The notes under the pieces: model-generated | What the model saw: the letters and a program-made list of their open reading frames with translations, nothing else | What the model was told of the DNA's origin: nothing | The model's database searches: none | Virus record (IMG/VR): IMGVR_UViG_3300044638_004427 | Location: 5,417 to 69,416 of that record | Length of the DNA stretch: 64,000 bases | DNA from: a virus | Reading direction: 5' to 3' (one strand) | Translations under genes and position numbers: made by a program | Shown here: piece after piece, positions 1 to 8,903 of the stretch | How positions within the stretch are numbered: position 1 is the first letter of the stretch | Layout of the letters: each line of letters starts with the position of its first letter

Positions 1-939
1 GAGTCTTGTGTTCGTGATCTTATTAATAGGATTCAATCAGCACGGGCTGCTTCCCGTGAAATTCAAACACGCACTAAAACATTTACAACTAACTCCGGTC
101 GAGTTGTATCTTTTACTGTAACGGGAGGGTACACTAGCTTCAATGGTAGAAAACAATATAACACTGGGTTCACTGAGCCTAACTCTATCATTAAGATACA
201 ACAAAAACTTAAAGTACAAGGTATCTTCGAACCTAAAAAACCTACCACTACCGAACGTCATATCGGTATTGAGATTGAGTTTGCTTGTGTTGCTGGTAAA
301 ACTGAACTAGCTGATGCATTATATAATGCTGATGTTGCTAGTTATGTTCAGCTTAAAGATGATGGTAGCATTCGTGACTTCCCATCTAATCATAAGCCGC
401 ACGAGTTAGTTGTCTGTGTGCCTATCAGTAAACGCGCCGATGTTATCAGTCGTGTTTGTGGTGTGCTCGAAAAACTAAATGCGAATGTTAATAAAACATG
501 TGGTTTGCATGTGCATTTGGATATGCGTAATGACAATGTATCCTCTGCATTTAATAATCTTGTGTCTGCTCAGAACATTCTGTATCAAATGATTCCGCAG
601 TCACGCCGCACTAATACTTACTGTAAGAAAACTTTGACAAAAGATTATGTCAAGGCTCGTCGCTCTAGTGATAGATATGTTGGTATCAATCCTATGTCAT
701 TCAGCCGACATAGTACAATCGAGGTACGATTGCATAGCGGTACAACAAACTACACAAAGATTATAAACTTTGTGGATATTCTGATTGCAGTAGCGTACAA
801 TAGTGCGAGAATTGTTCGGGCGGCTACCACTGTTCGAGGATTCATTAGGCAACACGATATCCCTAGTTATCTTGGTGCTTACATTGAACAACGTATTACG
901 TTGTTCGGTGGGTTGTCTTCGGTTGAAGAGTCTGCTTAA
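1..939 (+). CDS. Putative amidoligase (COOH-NH2 ligase family), 5' end outside the window
   Basis: Frame is open from base 1, although the ORF track starts at 418. Motifs HIGIEIEF, KDDGSI, HELV, TCGLHVH and TIEVRLH are typical of phage amidoligases. Confidence 0.8.
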   Translation, partial: ESCVRDLINRIQSARAASREIQTRTKTFTTNSGRVVSFTVTGGYTSFNGRKQYNTGFTEPNSIIKIQQKLKVQGIFEPKKPTTTERHIGIEIEFACVAGKTELADALYNADVASYVQLKDDGSIRDFPSNHKPHELVVCVPISKRADVISRVCGVLEKLNANVNKTCGLHVHLDMRNDNVSSAFNNLVSAQNILYQMIPQSRRTNTYCKKTLTKDYVKARRSSDRYVGINPMSFSRHSTIEVRLHSGTTNYTKIINFVDILIAVAYNSARIVRAATTVRGFIRQHDIPSYLGAYIEQRITLFGGLSSVEESA

Positions 940-970
940 TTATTAACAATAACATTGGAGAATAAATAAT

Positions 971-1903
971 ATGTGTAAAATTATGGTGATGGCTGGAGTT
1001 AATAACGCTAATCGTAAACTTGCATGGGAGTTCACTAAACAAATGGCTATGCAAATGTCTCCCGGTAATAATGATGGTTTAGGGTATGCAGCTGTAACAG
1101 CCGAGGGTGAATTGTTTGGTGAACGTTGGCATGTAAATTCAGAAGCATTCGCTAATCGTCCAGCTGCTGAAGTACCTTCATCCGAAGAGGTTAAAATTAT
1201 TCGTAGTTTTGATGGTGTCCTTACTCATACACAAAAGCCTGTGCGTTATAATAAATTCGGTAGCATCAACGAGGATGCAATGGTTGGCATTACATTGCAT
1301 ACTCGCATGGCTACCAGTGGTAAACAATTTATTAACACTCATCCTTTCGTTCGTGGTAAGACTTCGCTCATTCATAATGGTGTTATTGGTAACGCTGATA
1401 GTCTTGAATTGATTCAGTCAACGTGTGACAGTGAGGCAATTCTTAACCTGTATGTTAAGCATAACGTTTCAAACAATATGCAAGCCATTCAGAAAGTTGC
1501 ACACAAGTTGTCAGGTTATTATGCTTGTGGTGTTATCACTGACACCAAACGTTTCGGTCCAGTCATTGACGTATTCAAAGATGATCGTGCTCGTTTGTCT
1601 GCTGCCTTTATTCGAGACATGGGTATCGTTGTGTTCAGTACTGTGATGGACGACATTGAAACTGTTTGCAACAAGATGGGTATGGAGATTGCATATAAGT
1701 TCGGTGTTAACAGTGGTATGTTACTCAGACTTAGCGCATTGTCTGGTGCCCCTCTTGCTGTGCAGAAGTTCAAGCCTGTATTTAAACACACCGAAACTTC
1801 TAAGGGTAAGAAACCTTCTTGGAGTTTTTCGACGGACGGTACATATAGTGAAGACGAAACAACGTGGTCTACTGTAAATAGTTTGAATGCCTGGAGGAAA
1901 TGA
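971..1903 (+). CDS. Class II (Ntn) glutamine amidotransferase
   Basis: N-terminal MC nucleophile; DGLG, HTRMAT, NTHPF, HNGVI and CDSE motifs; RBS GGAG. Confidence 0.88.
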   Translation: MCKIMVMAGVNNANRKLAWEFTKQMAMQMSPGNNDGLGYAAVTAEGELFGERWHVNSEAFANRPAAEVPSSEEVKIIRSFDGVLTHTQKPVRYNKFGSINEDAMVGITLHTRMATSGKQFINTHPFVRGKTSLIHNGVIGNADSLELIQSTCDSEAILNLYVKHNVSNNMQAIQKVAHKLSGYYACGVITDTKRFGPVIDVFKDDRARLSAAFIRDMGIVVFSTVMDDIETVCNKMGMEIAYKFGVNSGMLLRLSALSGAPLAVQKFKPVFKHTETSKGKKPSWSFSTDGTYSEDETTWSTVNSLNAWRK

Positions 1904-2021
1904 TTATGGAATCTTTTGATCTTGACCAAAGAGTATTTGTTTGTGTTCATGGTAATGACATTGAATGGTATTGTGATGATTGTGAAGAGTTAGTTGAACA
2001 ATATGTTAAGGAGAATGAACA

Positions 2022-2240
2022 ATGAAACAGGATGTTATTATTGGATATAACAAAGGTGAGCCTGTTATTGAAGAGGGTGTGTTAATTAAAACAGCCGACC
2101 CAACCATTACCGGGCGCATCTTTGAAATAGATGGTAAGTATTTTGTTAAGGGTAAAACAGACGAGCTACAATCTAAATGGTTTAATCGTTTGAGTGAAGC
2201 CATACAGTATTGTCAGCCTAAAAAATATAGCTGGAACTAA
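2022..2240 (+). CDS. Hypothetical protein
   Basis: ORF with AGGAG RBS in the co-oriented early cluster. Confidence 0.6.
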   Translation: MKQDVIIGYNKGEPVIEEGVLIKTADPTITGRIFEIDGKYFVKGKTDELQSKWFNRLSEAIQYCQPKKYSWN

Positions 2241-2386
2241 TGTGTTAAAATCATTGTTGTTTACTGTCGTGCTGCCTGAGCTATACAATATACTTTACTT
2301 TATTTTCATCATGATGTTTAGCTTGGGCAGCTTGTTGTTGTTGTCTTTGATTCACCTTATGTTTATTTAACTAACTGGAGGTTGGT

Positions 2387-2590
2387 ATGTACTCGGTTGA
2401 TGTTACCTATTTGAGTAACGAAATTCTTACAGACGAATATAATTTGGAGTTAGATGATAAAGACTTGAGTAGTTTTTTAAATATGCTAAATAAAAAGTAC
2501 GCTCGATTGTATAGTGTTGAGTATAATAAACATACAGTGTTTGCTTTTACTAGGGATACGGTTAAAGTTGTAATCAAAGTTTACCACTAG
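2387..2590 (+). CDS. Hypothetical protein
   Basis: GGAGG RBS upstream. Confidence 0.6.
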   Translation: MYSVDVTYLSNEILTDEYNLELDDKDLSSFLNMLNKKYARLYSVEYNKHTVFAFTRDTVKVVIKVYH

Positions 2591-2753
2591 AAAGGATTCA
2601 CGTGTTATATTTACTAGGTCTTATACTTATTCTAACAACATTCAATTCAGTAACATTACGGTTTTATCTTTATGGTTTACTTTATTGCATTTGTTTTGTT
2701 GTTGCTTCTCCTTTTGTTTTGTATTTAATCTTTTCATTCGCAGGGAGTAAATA

Positions 2754-2981
2754 ATGTTAAACACTTACGATATTTATTTAAATGGGTACGGTCATTACAA
2801 AGTCGATGCTTCCATATACAGGATACCAATGAGTGATGATATGGAATGCGAGGTTGAAGTTGTGAAGGTAAAGAAGTTCGATGATCTTCTCGAAGAATAT
2901 GCAGCGTGTGATGTTACCGATGAAGAAATGAATTTGATTGAACGAGAAGTCGCCATTCGATTCTTTAATAACTTACACTGA
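2754..2981 (+). CDS. Hypothetical acidic protein
   Basis: GGGAG RBS upstream. Confidence 0.6.
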   Translation: MLNTYDIYLNGYGHYKVDASIYRIPMSDDMECEVEVVKVKKFDDLLEEYAACDVTDEEMNLIEREVAIRFFNNLH

Positions 2982-2987
2982 GGTTGT

Positions 2988-3347
2988 ATGCTTAAATTTA
3001 TTTATTATCCAAAGAGTAGAAAAATTGTTTATCTTAAATCAAAGAAACGTGTAACCTTTCGTCACGTGTATGAAATGTCAAAACAGAATAACCAAATTGA
3101 AATCGTTGAGGCATATACACTGAAGAACATTACAGATGAAATGATGAATAGGTTTGTTAGATGGGGGGCTAACCCACCCTCTGATGAATTGAATACCGAT
3201 GTGTATGGACCAGCTACTCCACTAAATGAAACTAAAATATACAGATGTAATCAGTGTGATACCCCAACACCAAATCGTTTTAAGTGTCAGAATTGTTGGG
3301 ACCAAGTTACAGATAATTACGAAGATGAACTTCTTTACATGTTGTGA
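2988..3347 (+). CDS. Putative DNA-binding protein: PhaR-like N-terminal domain plus C-terminal zinc finger
   Basis: N-terminus follows the PhaR pattern (YPKSRKI...VTF...IEIVEAYTLKNIT); CNQC...CQNC at the C-terminus. Confidence 0.5.
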   Translation: MLKFIYYPKSRKIVYLKSKKRVTFRHVYEMSKQNNQIEIVEAYTLKNITDEMMNRFVRWGANPPSDELNTDVYGPATPLNETKIYRCNQCDTPTPNRFKCQNCWDQVTDNYEDELLYML

Positions 3348-3458
3348 GGTTATATGAAATGGATGTTATTGTTTTTAGTTGTATTAATTTCTAGTTGTGA
3401 GACAATGCGAGTTGTTCCCAATGATGGTCCTAGACATATAAGAGAATGGAGGGATTGA

Positions 3459-3701
3459 GTGGAAACAAGTGATCTTAAAAAAGAAAAGGTTAAAAGAATT
3501 TTAGCAAGCATTGAACACTCAGCGTATGCACTAATTGATAGTGGAGATAATCATCATCCAATGGATTTGATTATGGATTTAACAATGACAGCATACGAGT
3601 TAGATATAATGACAAACTTTGTTGATAGGTTTAAAGGAGAAGAACCTACTGACAAATCAAACAAGAAAGTAATTAAACTTAAACCGAAAGGAAAGGCATG
3701 A
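3459..3701 (+). CDS. Hypothetical protein
   Basis: GTG start, GGAGG RBS, overlaps the next start codon. Confidence 0.6.
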   Translation: METSDLKKEKVKRILASIEHSAYALIDSGDNHHPMDLIMDLTMTAYELDIMTNFVDRFKGEEPTDKSNKKVIKLKPKGKA

Positions 3702-4162
3702 GAATATTAAGGTATCTTTTATTTCTTGCGCTGCTTATTCCATATAACTCAGCGACAAGTAGTTATTCAGATAGAACACTGAATGGTATTTATCGAGCTA
3801 AAGCCAAACAACATAACGTTAGCTATGAAGTGTTACGTGCTATCTGTGAAGTCGAAAGTAATCATAATGTTAAACTTAAAAAGGTATGGGATGGAGGGTC
3901 ATATTCATATGGCATATGTCAAGTAAAGCTGGCAACAGCTAGGGCAATGGGATTTAAAGGAACCGACAAACAATTATCTTCACCAGATGTCAACATTGAA
4001 TACGCAGCTAAATACCTTGCCTATCAACTAAAGAGATACAAAGGCAATTATGAAAAAGCTATTGTATCTTATAATCGTGGTAGTTATAGTAATGAAGATA
4101 AGAGAAGTTACTCAGGTAAAGTTGCTATCTCTTTCCTCTTGTATAAACTGAAAGGAAGATAA
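3698..4162 (+). CDS. Lytic transglycosylase (SLT domain) with N-terminal signal or anchor
   Basis: AICEVES (catalytic Glu), GICQV, NIEYAAKYL and SYNRG motifs; hydrophobic N-terminus. Confidence 0.88.
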   Translation: MRILRYLLFLALLIPYNSATSSYSDRTLNGIYRAKAKQHNVSYEVLRAICEVESNHNVKLKKVWDGGSYSYGICQVKLATARAMGFKGTDKQLSSPDVNIEYAAKYLAYQLKRYKGNYEKAIVSYNRGSYSNEDKRSYSGKVAISFLLYKLKGR

Positions 4163-4163
4163 T

Positions 4164-4427
4164 ATGTCCACTCGTATTCGTTATGTTAAAGATGCTAATG
4201 GTAATCTTATTACAAAGAATCCTTTGCTTGTTGCAGGGGATCTTATTGCTGTGACGCTTGTACCAGACAAGCTACAATTCACCATTACCAATGCTAACAA
4301 TGGTCAGCTTATTGCTAGTGATACCGCTGTATCCATGCAGATGCTTAAGATCAGAGTAAAAAAAGAACTACGTTCTCGTGGTGCTGTATTCAATGATGAG
4401 GTAAGGACACGAGGACAAGTCGGATAA
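4164..4427 (+). CDS. Hypothetical protein
   Basis: ORF followed by a terminator. Confidence 0.65.
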   Translation: MSTRIRYVKDANGNLITKNPLLVAGDLIAVTLVPDKLQFTITNANNGQLIASDTAVSMQMLKIRVKKELRSRGAVFNDEVRTRGQVG

Positions 4428-4454
4428 AATAATCCTTGCTTCAGTAAAGTTAAT

Positions 4455-4488
4455 AGGGTAGCTCTTACATAGAGGGCTACCCTTTTTT
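4455..4488 (+). terminator. Rho-independent terminator
   Basis: GGGTAGCTCT-loop-AGGGCTACCC followed by a T run. Confidence 0.8.
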
Positions 4489-4501
4489 AATTGGAGATTA
4501 T

Positions 4502-4750
4502 ATGAAACACACTATTAAAAATATCAAACTATCAGATGTGACAGATGATACTGGATGGATTGTTAGATCATCGGGTAATTGTTACACATCATGGATTAGA
4601 ACAATTAAAACTAATCGTGATTACAAAGAGATTCAAGATATACTATTAGGTGAAGGAGACTATCCTGGATGGACTGGAGTAGAGTATGCACCAGGATTAT
4701 GTCGAGAAGGTCTTGTAGTCTTTACAAGCGTATGGGATTCTAGTGGGTAA
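4502..4750 (+). CDS. Hypothetical protein
   Basis: GGAG RBS upstream. Confidence 0.6.
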   Translation: MKHTIKNIKLSDVTDDTGWIVRSSGNCYTSWIRTIKTNRDYKEIQDILLGEGDYPGWTGVEYAPGLCREGLVVFTSVWDSSG

Positions 4751-4963
4751 AGTAATGTGCATAATATACAGAACTGTTAGTCTTACGTTGTTTTATTCTG
4801 AAAAGAGGGGGAGGGATTTTTTGATATACCTCTCCCGCTTACACCATATGATGCTACAACGTATTAACCGTTCGCACTTTATGTGCTCACTTACAGCTAC
4901 AACGTAATCACCATACGTACCTTCTTGGTACCATATTTAAAGAAATTATACAAGGAGTCAAAA

Positions 4964-5170
4964 ATGGAAACTTTACAAGCTATTGAAACTCTTAGAGAAC
5001 ATTCTGATAAAAAATGCTCACTTACCCTCACGCTTAAACATGGTGAGGTCGTTGCTTTATTGGGTGGGTTAATTGAAATTCAAATTGATTTGGAAGAACA
5101 CAAAACAAAACCAATGCTAAGATTTAAAGCACCGAAGTTTGTGGACATCTTTAGAATTAAAAGATCGTGA
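4964..5170 (+). CDS. Hypothetical protein
   Basis: AAGGAG RBS supports the ATG at 4964 rather than 4883. Confidence 0.6.
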   Translation: METLQAIETLREHSDKKCSLTLTLKHGEVVALLGGLIEIQIDLEEHKTKPMLRFKAPKFVDIFRIKRS

Positions 5171-5183
5171 GAAGGAGCCTAAG

Positions 5184-5381
5184 ATGAAATATATATTACT
5201 ACCAATAGTTCTATTAATTGCTGCTTGTGGTCCACATGAAGTTAATGTTAATCATAAGATACAACTTGATATGACAAACCTAACAAAATACTTCGAATCA
5301 ATTTGTGTATCAGAGGGAGCAACGGATGTTGAATCGTGTATTGATGAAAAGATTACTGAATTTTTAAAGTTGGTACTATGA
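5184..5381 (+). CDS. Putative small lipoprotein
   Basis: MKYILLPIVLLIAAC signal peptide with lipobox; AAGGAG RBS. Confidence 0.6.
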   Translation: MKYILLPIVLLIAACGPHEVNVNHKIQLDMTNLTKYFESICVSEGATDVESCIDEKITEFLKLVL

Positions 5382-5587
5382 CGGAAAAGATTATTTTTAC
5401 AATAACAACCATTTTTCTTGTTTTAGTGTTAATTGCAGTTGGATTAATCTCGGAGTATGCAGACAAACTTTCTTCATCTAAAGATAAAATCGAGTCAACA
5501 TATCTAGGTGAAGTTGAAAAATGTTCTTTGTACAAGATAAAAGTGAATAGGATTCCACCAACATTACTTTGGAGATGTCATGACTGA
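5378..5587 (+). CDS. Small membrane protein
   Basis: N-terminal hydrophobic helix; ATGA overlap with the previous gene. Confidence 0.55.
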   Translation: MTEKIIFTITTIFLVLVLIAVGLISEYADKLSSSKDKIESTYLGEVEKCSLYKIKVNRIPPTLLWRCHD

Positions 5588-5795
5588 TTTAGATTTGCTA
5601 TCTAGGATGATAGACAGATTGATGATGAACACCTACGATCAAATAGGCGTGGCACGAGAAATGGGAAAAGACACGCAGTACACCGCAGGAATACTTGCGG
5701 GACTTCAAATGGCTAATGCGTTGATTGATTCAATTACAGTCGAAGCACCGTTCGATCCATTCGAACGACTTGAAAAGAAAGAAGAAATCAATTGA
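5580..5795 (+). CDS. Hypothetical protein
   Basis: GGAG RBS; overlapping operon arrangement. Confidence 0.55.
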   Translation: MTDLDLLSRMIDRLMMNTYDQIGVAREMGKDTQYTAGILAGLQMANALIDSITVEAPFDPFERLEKKEEIN

Positions 5796-6059
5796 ATATG
5801 AAGCATATTAACGAAGAATTAACAGAACATTTTATCAATGAAATAAAAAAAGAATTGGAGTCTAAATCTGATATTGGATTTATTCCAGAAGAAGAACTAT
5901 CATATTTAGTTAAAGAAGTTTTTTCTCTTCTTGCTAGATCAATTGTAAGAAAGTATATGGAGTATTGATGGATCATTTTAATAGTATTACAGGGGTAATT
6001 TTTGGAATGGTTGTAAATCTTTTATTTTATGTTTGGGGATTTAAAGATGGGAGCAAAAA

Positions 6060-6518
6060 ATGAATATCTTTTACGTTGACCGTGACCCAGTAATCGCCGC
6101 TCAACAACTTGTAGACAAACACGTTGTTAAGATGCCCCTGGAAACTGCACAGTTGCTCTGTAGCGCGTTCCCTCAAGGCGAAGCACCCTACCGCCGCACC
6201 CACTACAATCATCCCTCTGCAGTCTGGACCAGGCGTTCTCGTGCTAATTACGAATGGGTTATCAAACACGGATTAGCATTGTGTGAAGAGTACACCAAAC
6301 GCTATAGTAGACAGCATAAAAGTAATATAGTGATTCTTTGGTGCAGGGACAATATGGATAGACTTGAGTGGGGGGAGGATTTTTTCACCGATCCCCCAGA
6401 ATGTATGCCTGATGAATGTAAAACAGGTAATTCAGTTGAATCATACCGTGAATATTATCGTAAACACAAATCATATATTTATAGGTGGACTAAAAGTGAC
6501 AAACCAGAATGGGCCTGA
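6060..6518 (+). CDS. Pyrimidine dimer DNA glycosylase / endonuclease V-like protein
   Basis: MNIFYVD..P..AAQ..DKHVVKMPLETAQLL and THYNHPSAVW signatures. Confidence 0.8.
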   Translation: MNIFYVDRDPVIAAQQLVDKHVVKMPLETAQLLCSAFPQGEAPYRRTHYNHPSAVWTRRSRANYEWVIKHGLALCEEYTKRYSRQHKSNIVILWCRDNMDRLEWGEDFFTDPPECMPDECKTGNSVESYREYYRKHKSYIYRWTKSDKPEWA

Positions 6519-6519
6519 C

Positions 6520-6756
6520 ATGATGGACTACATTCTAGGAAACTTTGAGCACCTAGAACAATTGACCGATCAATATCGAAAGCGCAAAGAAGAATTGAAA
6601 AACAAAGATCCTATTTTTAAAGAAGAAATAGATGAACAATATAAAGACCATATTAAATATTTAATTTGTTTAGAAATAAGTAGAGATATGGCTTGCTCTT
6701 ACGAAGATGCTGTTGTATTGTATGAAGAGATTGGTTTGGGTAAATTGTTTATATGA
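6520..6756 (+). CDS. Hypothetical protein
   Basis: ATG directly after the previous stop codon. Confidence 0.5.
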   Translation: MMDYILGNFEHLEQLTDQYRKRKEELKNKDPIFKEEIDEQYKDHIKYLICLEISRDMACSYEDAVVLYEEIGLGKLFI

Positions 6757-6955
6757 AACTACTATCGTTCATCTTAACAGTTTGGGGATTAACAATAAGT
6801 ACATTTATGATTGTGAGGATTTTAAACCGTGGAAAGTGATGTTGTTTACGTTGTAATTGTTTCTGATGAAGATTCACAAAATACACAAATTCATTCAGTT
6901 TACTCTAAAAAAAGTGCAGCCGATAACGCACAACAAAAGCTGGAATCTCAATTAG

Positions 6956-7357
6956 GTGAGGACATGGTTGTATATGTTGAACAACACGAAGTTTTTGATA
7001 ACTAAAGATAAAGATCTAGACGATATTGTTCTTGAATTGTATCAAGCGTCCTGCGTTTACGTTCAAAATAGAATTACAGGAAAAGCTGAACTCAATAGAT
7101 TTATTGAGACAAGTTCTATTGTTCGTGACATAATTCTTACACATCTTTCAGATGCACCAACTTCAGCGGCGTTTCAAGCAACAAACAAAGCACTAATAAA
7201 AAATAAAATAAGAATACGTAGAGAACAACATTTCCGCCCTATCATTGATAAATGGTTCGGTCCCAATGTTCAAAAGTATGATGACTATGCTTTTGATATA
7301 GCATTAGAAATACTGCAAAAAATTAAAACAAGATTTATAGATGGTTATGTCGAATAA
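6956..7357 (+). CDS. Hypothetical protein
   Basis: 133-aa ORF in the co-oriented cluster; start uncertain. Confidence 0.55.
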   Translation: MRTWLYMLNNTKFLITKDKDLDDIVLELYQASCVYVQNRITGKAELNRFIETSSIVRDIILTHLSDAPTSAAFQATNKALIKNKIRIRREQHFRPIIDKWFGPNVQKYDDYAFDIALEILQKIKTRFIDGYVE

Positions 7358-7550
7358 AGTTAAATACAGATACACTTGTAGTTATTGCGGAAAAGAATGG
7401 GAACTTAGCTACATGGTTAAGAATCCCAATTGTCATTTTTGTAAAGACGAAAACGTAAAATGCCAAGAGATTAAATTAGTTGATTACTATGGTGTTGATG
7501 AAAATAAGATTGATTTTGAAAAAATACACTGGTGGAATTGGAGAGATTAA
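7347..7550 (+). CDS. Small zinc-ribbon protein
   Basis: CSYC...CHFC pairs. Confidence 0.55.
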   Translation: MSNKVKYRYTCSYCGKEWELSYMVKNPNCHFCKDENVKCQEIKLVDYYGVDENKIDFEKIHWWNWRD

Positions 7551-7762
7551 TGTGTTTGATCTGTGTTGAAATACAAAAGGGACAGCTTGCCCCAAATGAA
7601 TTTGCTAAAAAGATGGATATGGTGTTGAGAGAACAACCAGACCATGAAGAGGAATTAATTAATGCTCTCACCAAAGCAGACTTCAAATATTTGGAACAGC
7701 TGGACAAATACCTTACAGAAAAACTTATTAAAGAAGTTGCTGATATTCTCACTATTAAGTAG
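7550..7762 (+). CDS. Hypothetical protein
   Basis: TAATG coupling to the previous gene; MCLIC start. Confidence 0.5.
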   Translation: MCLICVEIQKGQLAPNEFAKKMDMVLREQPDHEEELINALTKADFKYLEQLDKYLTEKLIKEVADILTIK

Positions 7763-8186
7763 CGGCTGCGGTAGTTATACACAAAAACAAAATACTATTG
7801 AGCCAGAGTTTCAACAACTAGTTGATTTATTTGAATTAGAACAAAATATAACAGTTAACGTTGATGTTGTATTTAAAAAAATAGATTATCCAACTGTTGG
7901 TCTTTGTTGGTCAAACATTAGTAATAACCAGAAGAAGGGTATAAAAATTGAAATCGACCCTGATTTTTGGAACAAATCGTCTGACATGAAAAGGGAAGAG
8001 TTGTTATTCCATGAGTTGGGTCATTGTGTTTTAAACAGAGATCACGATGATTCTATTATTCACTACACTATTCCAAAGAGTGTAATGTATCCTTATGTTT
8101 TTGAAAACGCTTACAAAAAATATAGGAGCTATTATGTAGAGGAACTAAAAAATACAAACGCACTATTGACGAATCATCTTAATTGA
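7662..8186 (+). CDS. Zinc metallopeptidase (metzincin/matrixin-like), probably a lipoprotein
   Basis: HELGHCVLNRDH (HExxHxxxxxH-like) plus Met-turn SVMYP; LLIFSLLSSGC lipobox. True start probably downstream of 7662. Confidence 0.75.
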   Translation: MLSPKQTSNIWNSWTNTLQKNLLKKLLIFSLLSSGCGSYTQKQNTIEPEFQQLVDLFELEQNITVNVDVVFKKIDYPTVGLCWSNISNNQKKGIKIEIDPDFWNKSSDMKREELLFHELGHCVLNRDHDDSIIHYTIPKSVMYPYVFENAYKKYRSYYVEELKNTNALLTNHLN

Positions 8187-8217
8187 TGTAGAACTAAAGT
8201 ATAAGGAGCAAGCACAT

Positions 8218-8403
8218 ATGAAAAATCTAAAAGTAGTTGTAGCAAATCGTGGTGGTGTTAGTTATGAAGAATCCCGTTCAGCGTATCGCGGTTCTGTAAA
8301 TATCGCAGGTAAACGCCACCGTACTAAATACTATGCAACACGAATCGGTGCTCGTAGAGCACTGACAAGTCTAATCAATTCTCTTACAACAGCGGCAAGT
8401 TAA
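8218..8403 (+). CDS. Small AP2/Arm-type DNA-binding protein
   Basis: GVSY....AYRGSVNIAGKRHRTKYYAT...A pattern; AAGGAG RBS. Confidence 0.5.
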   Translation: MKNLKVVVANRGGVSYEESRSAYRGSVNIAGKRHRTKYYATRIGARRALTSLINSLTTAAS

Positions 8404-8434
8404 GGCGCACCATTCTAACAACCTCCTGCGCCAA

Positions 8435-8476
8435 AGGCACCGATACGCTTCCTCCACGTATCGGTGCCTATTTTTT
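8435..8476 (+). terminator. Rho-independent terminator
   Basis: AGGCACCGATACG-loop-CGTATCGGTGCCT perfect 13-bp stem plus T run. Confidence 0.85.
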
Positions 8477-8482
8477 ACTTAT

Positions 8483-8722
8483 ATGAAAATATCAATTGGT
8501 TCTTCAACAGATAAAAATATATGGGATATAGTTCAGAGTAACATCGAGAACGGGTACACCGTTTATAGTGATAATAGAGATTATTACGTGGATGTACTAT
8601 CTGACGATAATGTATATAGATCAGAAGACGCACAGTTTCAACACATGCCAAGTGGTATGTATGTAATTAAAAATAACACAGTTTACATGGTGGATAATGT
8701 TCAAACTTGGATCAACTTATAA
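8483..8722 (+). CDS. Hypothetical protein
   Basis: ORF track; co-oriented. Confidence 0.5.
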   Translation: MKISIGSSTDKNIWDIVQSNIENGYTVYSDNRDYYVDVLSDDNVYRSEDAQFQHMPSGMYVIKNNTVYMVDNVQTWINL

Positions 8723-8903
8723 ACACGTTAACTGTTTAGATGTTTGTTTTCGTGTTGATGAAATAAATGTAAAAGAAAATGGTGATATCGACCTGAAAGG
8801 ATTGTGGTTAAATCAACACTATGATATGTTAGTTATATGTAATGACGACATTACAGTTACAAAAAATCGTTTACATCAATGGAGAGAACTAAATGTCAAA
8901 TAA
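8697..8903 (+). CDS. Hypothetical protein
   Basis: Overlaps neighbouring genes in an operon. Confidence 0.5.
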   Translation: MFKLGSTYKHVNCLDVCFRVDEINVKENGDIDLKGLWLNQHYDMLVICNDDITVTKNRLHQWRELNVK

